DNA of 64,000 nucleotides from Opitutales bacterium (GTDB lineage: Bacteria > Verrucomicrobiota > Verrucomicrobiia > Opitutales > JABSRG01): NCBI GenBank assembly GCA_049599475.1, contig JBMYOQ010000006.1, positions 32,001-96,000 on the forward strand, given 5' to 3'. Below, in pieces: positions 40,816 to 50,803 of this stretch; positions within the stretch are counted from its first letter, which is position 1; each line of letters opens with the position of its first letter. Under the pieces are notes generated by a model. That model worked only from the letters and a program-made list of their open reading frames with translations, made no database searches and had not been told where the DNA came from. The translations under genes were made by a program, and so were the position numbers.

Positions 40816-41379
40816 CTATTGATTCAGGAAATTCTGGAGCATCTTCATGCCGTTCTCGGTGGCGTAGGATTCCGGGTGAAACTGGACCCCGTGTACCTGA
40901 AATTCCTTATGTTGGACGGCCATAATGATACCATCTTCAGTCTCAGCGGTGATTTCTAGGCAATCTGGGATGGTTTCGCGTTCAATGATAAGTGAATGAT
41001 ATCGGGTCGCGGTCAGGGGCGAGGGGAGTCCGGAGAACAGCCCTTTACCCTCGTGCAGAATAGAAGAAGTCTTGCCATGCATCAGCTCAGGGGTGCGGAT
41101 TACATTTCCGCCGAAATGATGACCAATACTCTGATGTCCCAGGCAGACGCCGAGGATCGGCCGCTTCCCGGCGAATTTCTCAATCATCGCCAAGCTCACC
41201 CCAGCTTCCGTCGGGGTGCATGGGCCAGGAGAAATCAAAATGCGCTCCGGATTGAGCTCCCAGGCTTCTTCCGGCGTAATTTCATTGTTGCGCACAACCT
41301 TCTGCTCAACGCCCAAATCGCCGAAATACTGCACCAAGTTATAGGTGAAGGAGTCGAAATTATCGATAACCAGTAGCAT
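40816..41379 (-). CDS. trpG: Anthranilate/aminodeoxychorismate synthase component II
   Basis: [27 protein letters not shown] and QFHPES motifs. Could equally be pabA. Confidence 0.92.
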   Translation of the reverse strand: MLLVIDNFDSFTYNLVQYFGDLGVEQKVVRNNEITPEEAWELNPERILISPGPCTPTEAGVSLAMIEKFAGKRPILGVCLGHQSIGHHFGGNVIRTPELMHGKTSSILHEGKGLFSGLPSPLTATRYHSLIIERETIPDCLEITAETEDGIIMAVQHKEFQVHGVQFHPESYATENGMKMLQNFLNQ

Positions 41380-41463
41380 GAAGCGTGTGACAAAAACGTG
41401 AAGACGCTCCCGTGGCAACGAAGATTTAAAGGCTAATCAATAATGCGTTATTGTTAATGTCTG

Positions 41464-42366
41464 CTACTTCTCTACTGTGATTTTGCTACTGGTCTCGTTG
41501 CTTAGCTCGCCTGCCTCAGCATGAAGCGTGATGGTATGGGTGCCCGGGCTCAGTTTTCGTTGGATCAGTTCACCTGTTCCCAGATTCCCATCTATCGATG
41601 ATTTCCATGAAAGTTGCCTGGGTCCTAGAGGCGCCCAGGTATCGTGGTGATAGGCTTGTCCCATGAGAAGTAGCTGGCTTCTCTGCGAAATTGGCAGGTC
41701 AGTTAGGTCAGAAGCTATATGGACAATCACTGGTTTGCGCTGCACCTCGAATATTTCACTCGTGGCGCTTGAGTTGTGATAACCATCTGTTACGACAACT
41801 TGTAGCAGGCACTGTTCACTGCCTCTGAGGGTATCACAATCGATCTCGATAGAATTGGCTGATGTGCGGTCCGCGATCCTAGAGAATTTCTTGCCTCCGT
41901 CACGGCTGAATCGGACGATCGATTCCACTGAGTTATCGCCTTCATAATGGATCTCCCAACCCAATTGGATTTTGCCCGTGGCGACTTTGGGGATCTCGTT
42001 TTTCCAAGAGACTTTAGGGTGATGCTCGGGAACCACTAAAGTTTCAATCACGGCTTCCATGTAGTTGAATTCAATTTTAGCTGTTTCCTGCTTAAGCGGG
42101 ATGTGTCCACGCACTGCAAAACCCTCTGCCTTGTGCTTATATCTGCAATAGGGCATTAGTTGTAGTGGTACCTCGGTTATTATATCTCCTGACTTGGTGA
42201 TGAGTCGTGCGGTGAGGTCGTTCTTATCCTTATACTCTGTGATCCTCCGAGTTTTCCCGAAAAGTGGAAGGTACCTCAGTGATTTCGTATCCGAATCGAA
42301 TTGCCCGATGAATGTCAAATACGGTTGTTCGTGCGTAGAGGAGATTGAACTGTAATGTGTTTTCAT
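41464..42366 (-). CDS. Hypothetical beta-rich (Ig/FN3-like) partner protein of the upstream metalloprotease
   Basis: ATG overlaps the upstream TGA (ATGA); FSRDGGKKF, VVTDG, WKSSIDGNLGTG and LSPGTHTITL motifs. Confidence 0.75.
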   Translation of the reverse strand: MKTHYSSISSTHEQPYLTFIGQFDSDTKSLRYLPLFGKTRRITEYKDKNDLTARLITKSGDIITEVPLQLMPYCRYKHKAEGFAVRGHIPLKQETAKIEFNYMEAVIETLVVPEHHPKVSWKNEIPKVATGKIQLGWEIHYEGDNSVESIVRFSRDGGKKFSRIADRTSANSIEIDCDTLRGSEQCLLQVVVTDGYHNSSATSEIFEVQRKPVIVHIASDLTDLPISQRSQLLLMGQAYHHDTWAPLGPRQLSWKSSIDGNLGTGELIQRKLSPGTHTITLHAEAGELSNETSSKITVEK

Positions 42367-45047
42367 TCGGAATCGATGAGATCGAAAAGACGTTCGTAGG
42401 TTGCTATGGAAATCCATTTGGATTCCTCTCCGTATCCATTATCGGGAACACAATAACCCATAAAAGATGTGGTGCCCGCAGGAATGATAAACGGTTGGGT
42501 CCGGGTGCTGGGCTCGACTACTATGCCGTGGTCTTCAATACGTGAAGGGACATCTGGGTCTAGATCATCAATACTTGCCGTACACCCTGGAATGTTTGGG
42601 GCGTGATCGATTCCGAAAGTGTGTGCCAGCTCGTGGGCAAAGACTACCCCAGACCCAGATTTGGCCAGGAAGCGTTTGTGACTGTCGAACCAATAGTCCT
42701 CTACTCCATCGTGGGCCATACCTCCCCAGCGATATTCGCCATTGAAAGGAAGCAGCCCACACCAGATGTAATCTTCACTGTCTTCGTAGTCGTCTGCGAT
42801 GTCGTCGAGTCGATCCAGTAAATTGCGCGTATCGCCCCAACGCGAGAGATCTTGAGTCGTGGTTCGAATGGGGAAATCAGTCGGAGTGAAAAGGCGAAAG
42901 CCGTTTTCCTTAATCGGGAAACGAGCTTGGGCTCCTATCACCGAATTCCAGAATTGAGCTACTGATGGGGCGGGTAGGTTTTGCACTCCATCTGCGATAC
43001 GAATTAGAGCGATTTTAATGTTTCCACTATTCTGAAATTCGAATGATCGCTCAGGGACTCGCGAAATTTCACCGTAATACGGATTTCGAAAGTGCCCGCT
43101 TTCGTAGATACTAGCCTTAATCATTACGACTCCCGTGAGTTTTTCGATAGGGAGAACGAAATTAAGGCTGTGATCGATTTTACTCCGATCTATATTTTCG
43201 CGAGATTGAGCCGCAGTAATTTGGTCCGGGTTTACTGGATTGCTGATACGCTGAAAGGTCCCATCAGTGTAGTGAAGATTTAAATCACCCGAAATGTTCG
43301 CGAGGGCTCCCGGGCCATCGCCAAAATTAAAGCTGTCTTGAATTCCTGATACAGGATACACTCTTGCTAGCGTCGACTTTTGAGCTACTAGGAGAACTTC
43401 ATTCTGTTTTGATATATTATCAAAATCAAAATTCTGTATGGTTTGGGTAATCTCTATACCTAGATTGTTGAGGTCAGAGGGCGTAGTAAGTCTTACGGAA
43501 ATGAATCGATTGATCGTCGAACACGCGTTCATCGCGGTCAATTTATAGGTGGCCGATATACTTTCACTACCGGTGAATTCCCCTAAATTGTCATTACCAG
43601 AGGTTGGGCCATCTATTTCCGCGTTGGGGCCAAATAGCCCTGTGCGTTGAATTGAAACGGAATCTGCATTTTCAACCTCCCATCGAAGGGTCAATTCGGT
43701 GCCGACGTCTACGTCCACACTTCGCGAAATCCCATTAATCGAAAATTCTCTTATAATAGGATAGCTGCCTAGGAATCGATTGACCTGATTGCACTCTGCA
43801 CTTTGCGGCGCGTAGGGATTCACCAAGGGTGTACCTGGTTTTCCGAGGCATTGGAGTTGTTCATTGTACTCAGTTAGAGCCTCTTTGTTGCGCTCGTAGA
43901 TGTCACGGCGCCGGGCTTCGATCTGAGTGTTTCTAAGGGACACACAGACTTCTCCTATCCGCCGAGGACACTTCACCCGTATTTCAGTATCGGACCAGAA
44001 AGTTACCTCCGCTTTCGCTGTTCCGAAGATGACTACCCAGTCGCCTTGTTCCTCACCAAAGCCTTCTCCTTTGATCGTAACTGGTTGGGTGAAGCACGCA
44101 CTTGTAGGGCTTATGGATGTTATCTGATGGCTTGAGATGGCATTTGGCATGAGCTCAAGTTGATGGAAAGAGCCGCGCATCAGTTCTGTGCAGGTGTCAT
44201 GAAAGTCATCGCACGGTTCTCTGGGAGGGAGCGATGGAGGTGACCCTCCGCCTGGGCCGCAAGGTGAAGGAGCTCCGGGCATGCCGGGCTCCGGGGGAGG
44301 CCAGTTGGGCGGGTAGGTCGAGGGTGTGTCGTCCTCGGGTATGGGTTCTCCCGGTCGCGAATGAGGGCGTGTCCACTGGGAATCCCATTTGGGTAATGAT
44401 TCCTTGTACCCACTCTTATCTATGATTTCGTCTAATGCATCATTGAAGCGAGTGCCTCGGTCTCGTTTGTCTCTTTGGGCCCATAGCCCGAAGGCATCTA
44501 TGCAACTGATTTGTGAATACAGATGAATAATAGCATTTATCTGCAGACCATAGAGGTCACGATTGTGGCTGTTTAGATAATGAGCTGCTTGATACAGTTG
44601 AACGATGCGTTGCCTGGGTATTAGCGGGATGTCAGGGCATTTCGCGCGAAATGCTGGACGCTCGCTTTTGATGAGTTCCGGAGGCGTATTCGAAAGATCG
44701 CGAGCAATCGCTATTTTTTGGAGCTTCGTATTGAAGGTCTCGATCGCTAGGCTGTTTCCTTGGTAGATGCCCTCTATCAAAGCATATAGCTCTTCTATAG
44801 GGCGTACTTGGTCATAAAGGTGACGCTGGAAGCGGGCAGCGATTCTGTCCTCCTCATCAGATTGAGGATATTGGGCGAATGCCTCTCGAAGATTCGTGAT
44901 GGGGGAGCCATCCCAGAAGCCTTCCCAATTGAGGGCCTCGATTTTATCCTCTGAATAGCCTTTGTCAGAAGAATCATCCGACACTTCTTTAGGTGACCAG
45001 AGCTGTTTGATCCAATGGAGGAATAATTTTAGGAATTTGTTTAACAT
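42363..45047 (-). CDS. Large protein with Pro-rich linker, IPT/TIG-like domain and zinc metalloprotease domain (M66-like)
   Basis: HELAHTFGIDH zinc motif, FMGY Met-turn, WIS..TY; IKGEGFG...WSDTEI IPT pattern. Confidence 0.78.
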   Translation of the reverse strand: MLNKFLKLFLHWIKQLWSPKEVSDDSSDKGYSEDKIEALNWEGFWDGSPITNLREAFAQYPQSDEEDRIAARFQRHLYDQVRPIEELYALIEGIYQGNSLAIETFNTKLQKIAIARDLSNTPPELIKSERPAFRAKCPDIPLIPRQRIVQLYQAAHYLNSHNRDLYGLQINAIIHLYSQISCIDAFGLWAQRDKRDRGTRFNDALDEIIDKSGYKESLPKWDSQWTRPHSRPGEPIPEDDTPSTYPPNWPPPEPGMPGAPSPCGPGGGSPPSLPPREPCDDFHDTCTELMRGSFHQLELMPNAISSHQITSISPTSACFTQPVTIKGEGFGEEQGDWVVIFGTAKAEVTFWSDTEIRVKCPRRIGEVCVSLRNTQIEARRRDIYERNKEALTEYNEQLQCLGKPGTPLVNPYAPQSAECNQVNRFLGSYPIIREFSINGISRSVDVDVGTELTLRWEVENADSVSIQRTGLFGPNAEIDGPTSGNDNLGEFTGSESISATYKLTAMNACSTINRFISVRLTTPSDLNNLGIEITQTIQNFDFDNISKQNEVLLVAQKSTLARVYPVSGIQDSFNFGDGPGALANISGDLNLHYTDGTFQRISNPVNPDQITAAQSRENIDRSKIDHSLNFVLPIEKLTGVVMIKASIYESGHFRNPYYGEISRVPERSFEFQNSGNIKIALIRIADGVQNLPAPSVAQFWNSVIGAQARFPIKENGFRLFTPTDFPIRTTTQDLSRWGDTRNLLDRLDDIADDYEDSEDYIWCGLLPFNGEYRWGGMAHDGVEDYWFDSHKRFLAKSGSGVVFAHELAHTFGIDHAPNIPGCTASIDDLDPDVPSRIEDHGIVVEPSTRTQPFIIPAGTTSFMGYCVPDNGYGEESKWISIATYERLFDLIDSE

Positions 45048-45092
45048 TGGTTAATTTTGTATTCAAATTCTTATTCCTCTATAGTAGCTAGA

Positions 45093-47666
45093 TTAACGCC
45101 ATTCGTGCTTGGGATATCTTCCAGCGAGATCTTTTTTAATTTGGGGATAGCTGCGTTCCCAGAAGCCCTCGAGGTCGTTGGTGAGCTGGACGGGACGGCG
45201 GTTGGGGGCGAGCATCTCGATGGTGAGTGGTACTTCTCCTTCACAGATAGACAGAGCGCTGGGTGCTAGGTCGTAGAAGTCTTGTACCATGCTGGAAACG
45301 ACAGCTCGCGGGTGGCTGGACTCGTAGCGTAGTTTGATGGGCTTATTGCGCCGGGGAAGTTGAAATGTTTCGGGTGCCAGGTGGTCGAGCAAGGGGTGCA
45401 GCATGTCAGGTAACCACGCTTTGACAGCTGGCCATACGGGCTTGTTTTCAACCTCCTTGAAACGCGTAGTTCCGGCGCAAATTTCGGTCAAAATCATGCG
45501 TCTGCCCTCATCGTCGATGGGAGAAATTCCGGAATCGGGTTTCCATTGAGCTACGCAGTTTACGCGCTCGATCCACTGATCGACTGCGTGGTCCCATTGC
45601 TTCAACTTCCAAGAGCCACTGAGAATCTTATCTGCGAAGAGCTCCGCAGCGCTGTCTGTATCGATATCTGAAGTCTCTTTTTCTTCGAGAACCAGCCCCA
45701 AGTAATTGCTTTGTTCAAGGCCGATGAGTGCTTGTTTGGTGTTGTCGAAATGGGCAATTTTTTGTGTCTTTAGGGCTTCTGGAAAAAGCGACTCGAGCCA
45801 CGCCGGCTCAATGGCCGCCAGACCGTTGATGAAGGTGTTCACGCCCTTTGCCGTGGTCCGCTCGTCGATGTCTGTGGCGACAAAGAGGGGAGCACTTTGC
45901 ACCTGAGACTCCCGTCGAATATCGCCGCGTCTGTTCCCCACGAGTTCGCAGCGAAGGGTTCCGCGATCCAGACGTTTACCGACTTGGTCAGGGAATCCTG
46001 CAAGGATGGACCGAGCAATCGCTGGGTGATTTGTCGAATCATTGCGGGGCTCGATACCCGCGCGCTCGGCTTGTTGGATAAGTTGTTGGGCCGTGCGTGC
46101 GGCCTGCTGTGCGCCGGTAAAGTGGATGCCCCATTCGCGACAGAAGCTAGGGTTGAAACGCTCTTGCTCGAGACGATCCCAGATAGCAAGCAGGGCGATG
46201 AAATCTGACTTCTCGGAATCGGGTTCGTCTTCCCACCATTGGCGTCGCTCGCGATCTTTGCGACGGTCTTTCAGGGGAAGGATAATCGATCGTCCCTGGA
46301 CAAGTGCCGCGATCACGATGACGGCGTCCACGCAGCCTTGATTCTCGGCCTCGCATAGCATGCGACTGAAGCGTGGATGCAAGGGGAAGTGCGACATGCG
46401 TTTGCCGAGACCGGTCACTACGTTTTCCGAATCGATCGCGCCGAGCATCTTCAGCAGGGCAAGGGCGCGCGCCCAGCGATCGGGGTCGGGTTGATCGAGC
46501 CAGGGTAGACCTTCGACGTCTTCGATTGTGCTCGCCAGGAGGGTGAGTGCGATTTCCGAAAGCTCGATACGCTGTATCTCGGGCGCTTCTGCCGCGGGGC
46601 GTCGTCCATGCTCGGACTCTCCCCACATCCGGACACACATCCCGGGAGCGGTGCGCCCGGCGCGACCCGAACGCTGGTCTGCCGAGGCCCGCGAGATGGC
46701 GGTGGCGTAAAGGGTGTTGAGGCCGCGACGGGGATCGAAATTGAGGGTGCGTGCAAGGCCGGAATCCACCACTTTAGTGACGCCGGGAATGGTCAATGAG
46801 GTCTCCGCGACGTTGGTTGAAACGATGATCTTGGGCCGCTTGCCCGGAGAGAGGACGGCGTCCTGCTGAGCGGGAGGCAGGTCTCCATAGAGGGGGAGAA
46901 TTTCGAATTTTCTCAGAGCTGCGTGTTGATTGAGCGCATCCACGGTTTTGTGAATCTCAAAAGCTCCAGGCATGAAAATCAGGCAGCTGCCGGTTGGGTC
47001 TTCATCGCACAGATTCTTGGCGTGGTAGGCGGCTTGCACCCAGACAGGCTGGCTATCGACGGCTCTTGGCTGGGCTGCATATCGGATATCAACAGGGTAG
47101 GTGCGCCCAGATCCTGACAGCACGGCACACGGCTCCATGTGCGACTCCAAGTCTTCCTTCTGCAGGGTGGCCGACATGACCACCAGCGCTAGATCGGAGC
47201 GGAGTTCCCTCTGGGTGCGCAGTGCACAGGCGAAGGAGACATCTGAGAACAGATTGCGCTCGTGAAACTCGTCGAACACTAAGGCGCCTACCCCTTCCAG
47301 TAGGGGGTCATCGATCAAGCGCTGAAGAAGGATCCCCTCGGTGACGAACTCAATCCGCGTCTCGGAAGATACCTTATGGTCGTGGCGAACGCGGTATCCC
47401 ACGGTCTTTCCGGCCGCTTCTCCGCGCTCCTGCGCTACTCGCTTGCCCAGCATCCGAGCCGCAATCCGCCGAGGCTGAAGGACGATGATAGACTCCTTGG
47501 GGCCCACCAGGCCCTCGTCCAAAAGCATCTGCGGCACCTGGGTAGATTTACCCGAACCTGTCTCCGCAGACAGGACCACGCGCCGCGGGCCTTCTGAAGA
47601 TAGCGCGGAGACGAGATCGGCCCTCAGGGCCTCTATGGGGAGTTTAAGTTTTGCTTGGTCTTTGAT
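45093..47666 (-). CDS. hrpB: ATP-dependent RNA helicase HrpB (start uncertain)
   Basis: GSGKST, QPRRIAAR, DEFHER, MSAT, TNVAETSLT, QRSGRAGR and GRYPKHEW motifs. First canonical start is GTG 47579, but HrpB-like sequence extends upstream. Confidence 0.93.
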   Translation of the reverse strand: MKDQAKLKLPIEALRADLVSALSSEGPRRVVLSAETGSGKSTQVPQMLLDEGLVGPKESIIVLQPRRIAARMLGKRVAQERGEAAGKTVGYRVRHDHKVSSETRIEFVTEGILLQRLIDDPLLEGVGALVFDEFHERNLFSDVSFACALRTQRELRSDLALVVMSATLQKEDLESHMEPCAVLSGSGRTYPVDIRYAAQPRAVDSQPVWVQAAYHAKNLCDEDPTGSCLIFMPGAFEIHKTVDALNQHAALRKFEILPLYGDLPPAQQDAVLSPGKRPKIIVSTNVAETSLTIPGVTKVVDSGLARTLNFDPRRGLNTLYATAISRASADQRSGRAGRTAPGMCVRMWGESEHGRRPAAEAPEIQRIELSEIALTLLASTIEDVEGLPWLDQPDPDRWARALALLKMLGAIDSENVVTGLGKRMSHFPLHPRFSRMLCEAENQGCVDAVIVIAALVQGRSIILPLKDRRKDRERRQWWEDEPDSEKSDFIALLAIWDRLEQERFNPSFCREWGIHFTGAQQAARTAQQLIQQAERAGIEPRNDSTNHPAIARSILAGFPDQVGKRLDRGTLRCELVGNRRGDIRRESQVQSAPLFVATDIDERTTAKGVNTFINGLAAIEPAWLESLFPEALKTQKIAHFDNTKQALIGLEQSNYLGLVLEEKETSDIDTDSAAELFADKILSGSWKLKQWDHAVDQWIERVNCVAQWKPDSGISPIDDEGRRMILTEICAGTTRFKEVENKPVWPAVKAWLPDMLHPLLDHLAPETFQLPRRNKPIKLRYESSHPRAVVSSMVQDFYDLAPSALSICEGEVPLTIEMLAPNRRPVQLTNDLEGFWERSYPQIKKDLAGRYPKHEWR

Positions 47667-47853
47667 CCTCTCGAAAAAACGCTAGCAGCGCTAAGATGTG
47701 AAGAGAATTCAGGGTATCCGAATAACACTTTTTTTGATTATCACGCAAAGACCCCGAAGACCCAAAGAACTAGCTGAAAGAGATGTTTTCGGTTGATTTC
47801 TCTACTTCGGGCCTTTGGGTCTTGAGCTTTAGCGGGCGAGGGAAATTAGAATA

Positions 47854-48504
47854 TTACAGTGAATCCCAGATTATCAGAGGATATTCAAAGAGGATCGGAA
47901 ATTTCTCTGTAAGTATCTCCAGGTCTCGAGTCTGCTCATTTTCGAATTCATGGTATCCTCCGGTGGGAATCGTCATGCCAAGCGAGTTTTTACCCCATGT
48001 ATGTTTGGCGATGATACTCCCAACATAGAGCGCTTTGCCTGCTTCTATTTTAAATGGAATCGAAAAATCTGATTTTCGATTATGAGTGACACTAAACGAG
48101 CCGCGATTGTCGTAAAACGAGTAGTTGTAAAATTCGTAATTTCCCTCGGGAAGACGTAAGATAAAGACTTCTCCTTTCCCTCCTTTGATATCGAAGTCTG
48201 TTTTGTTGCCGATCCCCATGAAAGATCTTAACCCATCCGCGACATTGCCTTTGAGCTCGTTTCCTGGATCAGTGGACCTGAAATAATACCCATAGCTCGA
48301 ATACCTGTCGTTCGCTAGTTGGCCGAAGAATGAGGGGTTCTCCCCTTGGTATGCAAACGAGCCGACCAAGAATCCTTCGGTGGGTCCCATAGGATTTTTC
48401 TTCAGATCTTCATTTGAAAGTGTGCTCTCGTAGGATGTTACACATCCAGAGAAGAGGCTGGCGATAATTAGCAGAACAGGTAGGAGAGTTGTGCGTGTTT
48501 TCAT
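47854..48504 (-). CDS. Hypothetical lipoprotein
   Basis: Lipobox FSGC; LPEGNYEFY and FKIEAGKALYVGSI beta-sandwich pattern. Confidence 0.8.
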   Translation of the reverse strand: MKTRTTLLPVLLIIASLFSGCVTSYESTLSNEDLKKNPMGPTEGFLVGSFAYQGENPSFFGQLANDRYSSYGYYFRSTDPGNELKGNVADGLRSFMGIGNKTDFDIKGGKGEVFILRLPEGNYEFYNYSFYDNRGSFSVTHNRKSDFSIPFKIEAGKALYVGSIIAKHTWGKNSLGMTIPTGGYHEFENEQTRDLEILTEKFPILFEYPLIIWDSL

Positions 48505-48601
48505 AATATGCAAACTACCTGCTTCACAGGTTTCCTTTTGGAATACCAGTCAAAATCTGGATTTGCACTCTAGCAGTTGATTATTTGTATCTCCAAAAAC
48601 T

Positions 48602-49741
48602 TTACGCCGCTTTCATGACAAGCCTGAGGCCTTTCTCCAGTTGTTCGAGTTGATCGGGGCGCCCGGTGCTGATGCGGAGGTAGTTTTGGTTGTAATAGTT
48701 TCTTGGGCTTATTTTGACTTGGCTACTGTAGAAAATGCCGTCGGCTAGAGCTTTGCTGTCTTGTTTTACCGGGACCAATACAAAGCCAGCCTTCGATGGG
48801 ATCGGCTCGAGATTGAGGTCCTGAAGAAGTGCTGTAATTTGATCGCGTCCTGCTGCGTTTTTTTTGTAAACGGTTTTCAAATACGATTGGTCTGAATAGG
48901 CGGCCAATGCTGCTTCTATTGATAGCCGCGATGCTCCGCAGCCGATTCCCGTGACGTATTGTGAACCGACGCCTTTGGCGAGTTCTGGTGGCGCGATTGC
49001 GTATCCGACACGCATGCCGCCTAAACCATAGCTTTTGGAGAAGGTGCGCGTGACTACGATTGGGTAACCCTCTTTCACCAACGGTATCATGCTGAGTTTC
49101 GTGGCTTCTCCCGCATAATCGATGTATGCCTCGTCGACTACGATGGGGCACTTCTCGCTCATTTCCTTGCAAAATGAGCTGAGCTCTTCGGGGCCCAAGA
49201 GAGCGCCTGTGGGATTCTCAGGATTACAAATATAGATGAGACCGGTCTTCTCCGATACAGCATCTTTGAGTGCATTGAGATCGATCCCATGCATGCTGTT
49301 GTGTCGAACTGTCTTCAGGGTGGAGCCGACTTTCTCCGCCACGCGGCTCATTATGTGAAAGCTTGGGTCCGCGCTCACGATCTCGATGTCTTTCAGGCCG
49401 AAAAAATAGCCTGCGCCATAAAGCACATCAGCGGATCCTGCTCCAATGAGCACATTATCTTTGTTGAGGCCGTTGAGCTTCGCAATGGCGTCGGTGAGCG
49501 CGACTCGCGGGATGTCTGGATATTCATGCGATAGGCCGGCTGCTTTGACAATGGCCTCCGCCACTTTCGGCGATGGGCCGAACTGGTTCTCGTTTATACT
49601 AAGATTAGTAAACGGGTAACCTGTGTCGGGCGTTGCAGGCGCGCTCTGAGCATGAGCACTCCGTTGAGAGACGGCGGCACTGGCAAGCAGGCCGGTGGCG
49701 GATAAGCGTATCCAGGAACGGCGATCGAGATTGGGCATCAT
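48602..49741 (-). CDS. Tat-exported class I/II PLP aminotransferase (HisC-like)
   Basis: DRRSWI twin-arginine leader with AHA cleavage site; NEN, CNPENPTG, DEAY and RTFSKSYGLGGMRVGY motifs. Confidence 0.88.
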   Translation of the reverse strand: MMPNLDRRSWIRLSATGLLASAAVSQRSAHAQSAPATPDTGYPFTNLSINENQFGPSPKVAEAIVKAAGLSHEYPDIPRVALTDAIAKLNGLNKDNVLIGAGSADVLYGAGYFFGLKDIEIVSADPSFHIMSRVAEKVGSTLKTVRHNSMHGIDLNALKDAVSEKTGLIYICNPENPTGALLGPEELSSFCKEMSEKCPIVVDEAYIDYAGEATKLSMIPLVKEGYPIVVTRTFSKSYGLGGMRVGYAIAPPELAKGVGSQYVTGIGCGASRLSIEAALAAYSDQSYLKTVYKKNAAGRDQITALLQDLNLEPIPSKAGFVLVPVKQDSKALADGIFYSSQVKISPRNYYNQNYLRISTGRPDQLEQLEKGLRLVMKAA

Positions 49742-49778
49742 ATATGACCCCGAGCATCAAATGTTCCGGTTTTTGAAA

Positions 49779-49938
49779 GGATGAGGGATGAAGGATGAAG
49801 GATGAAGGATGAAGGATGAACTGATTTTCTTTGAGGCTCTTACGCGTCAACATCTATTCGGGAAAATACACCTGTTTCACATCCAGCAATTACGCTTTCA
49901 TCCTTCATCCCTCATCCTTCATCCCTCATCCTTCATCC
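49779..49938. repeat. Two inverted heptamer arrays, (GGATGAR)6 and (YTCATCC)6
   Basis: Six units at 49779-49820 and six reverse-complement units at 49897-49938. Confidence 0.95.
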
Positions 49939-49981
49939 TTTTACTACCCTGGCACATCGACTGCTTTTTGAGCGCGACCCA

Positions 49982-50803
49982 ATGATACGAATAGAAACTC
50001 CCGAAGGCTGGATACTCATAACCCACAAAGACCATGCGCGCTTGGCTGGAAAGTTCGCGGTGGCATGGGATTGTAGCCGATTTGAATTCCCTGAACCGCG
50101 TAATTCGGTGCTGCTCGGAATCGCGTCTCATGACGACTCCTGGCAAGAGCCCGATAGTATGCCGTCGATCACTAATGATGGGACGCCGAGTGCTTTTTCC
50201 AAGGAGCTAGTTGGAAGCTATGATGCCTTTGAAAATATCGACCTTCCCGCCTACCTTGAGGTGCGCAAGATGGCTACGGAAGCCTGTGCGAGCAAAGATC
50301 CCTTCTCGGCTCGGATGATTTCCATGCATACGGTAAGCCTGTTGACCGATCATGCCGACTTGACCACGCTTTCGGAGGAGCAGCGTCCGGTGCATGCCGC
50401 ATTCATCGAGGCGCAGAAGGTGAGGCAAGCGGAGCTCACTAAAGCCAGTCCTGAGGAATATGCGTCGGAAGCTCACTTTCAGGCAGCTTTCGAGTTGCTG
50501 CAAGCCTGTGATAGCTTGTCGCTCTATTGCTGTGCATTGTTCCCGGAGCCTGGGGCTCTTCAGCACACGCATCCTATGAAGGGGGCCGAGGAGCGGGTTC
50601 GTATCACTTACACGCCGGTTGATGAAACTACTTTTGCTTTAGATCCCTTTCCGTTTTCTGGAGACGAGATGGAGTTTGAAATCCCCTGCGTTCGAATTTT
50701 GGGTAAGCAATTTGACTCCTCTGAATCTCTGAGAAACGCTTATAACGCCGGAAAACGAGAGACCCTCTCGGTGCGCCTCGTTTCTGGAACCGTCTCTGAA
50801 TGA
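49982..50803 (+). CDS. DUF3891 family protein
   Basis: ITHKDHARLAG, HDDSW, ISMH, CDSLSLY and LDPFPF motifs. Confidence 0.85.
   Translation: MIRIETPEGWILITHKDHARLAGKFAVAWDCSRFEFPEPRNSVLLGIASHDDSWQEPDSMPSITNDGTPSAFSKELVGSYDAFENIDLPAYLEVRKMATEACASKDPFSARMISMHTVSLLTDHADLTTLSEEQRPVHAAFIEAQKVRQAELTKASPEEYASEAHFQAAFELLQACDSLSLYCCALFPEPGALQHTHPMKGAEERVRITYTPVDETTFALDPFPFSGDEMEFEIPCVRILGKQFDSSESLRNAYNAGKRETLSVRLVSGTVSE

Noticed and set aside
47741..47839. Loose inverted repeat built from AAGACCC-like units upstream of hrpB
   Set aside because: Single imperfect copy in the window; could be a terminator or repeat remnant, but no function can be supported.
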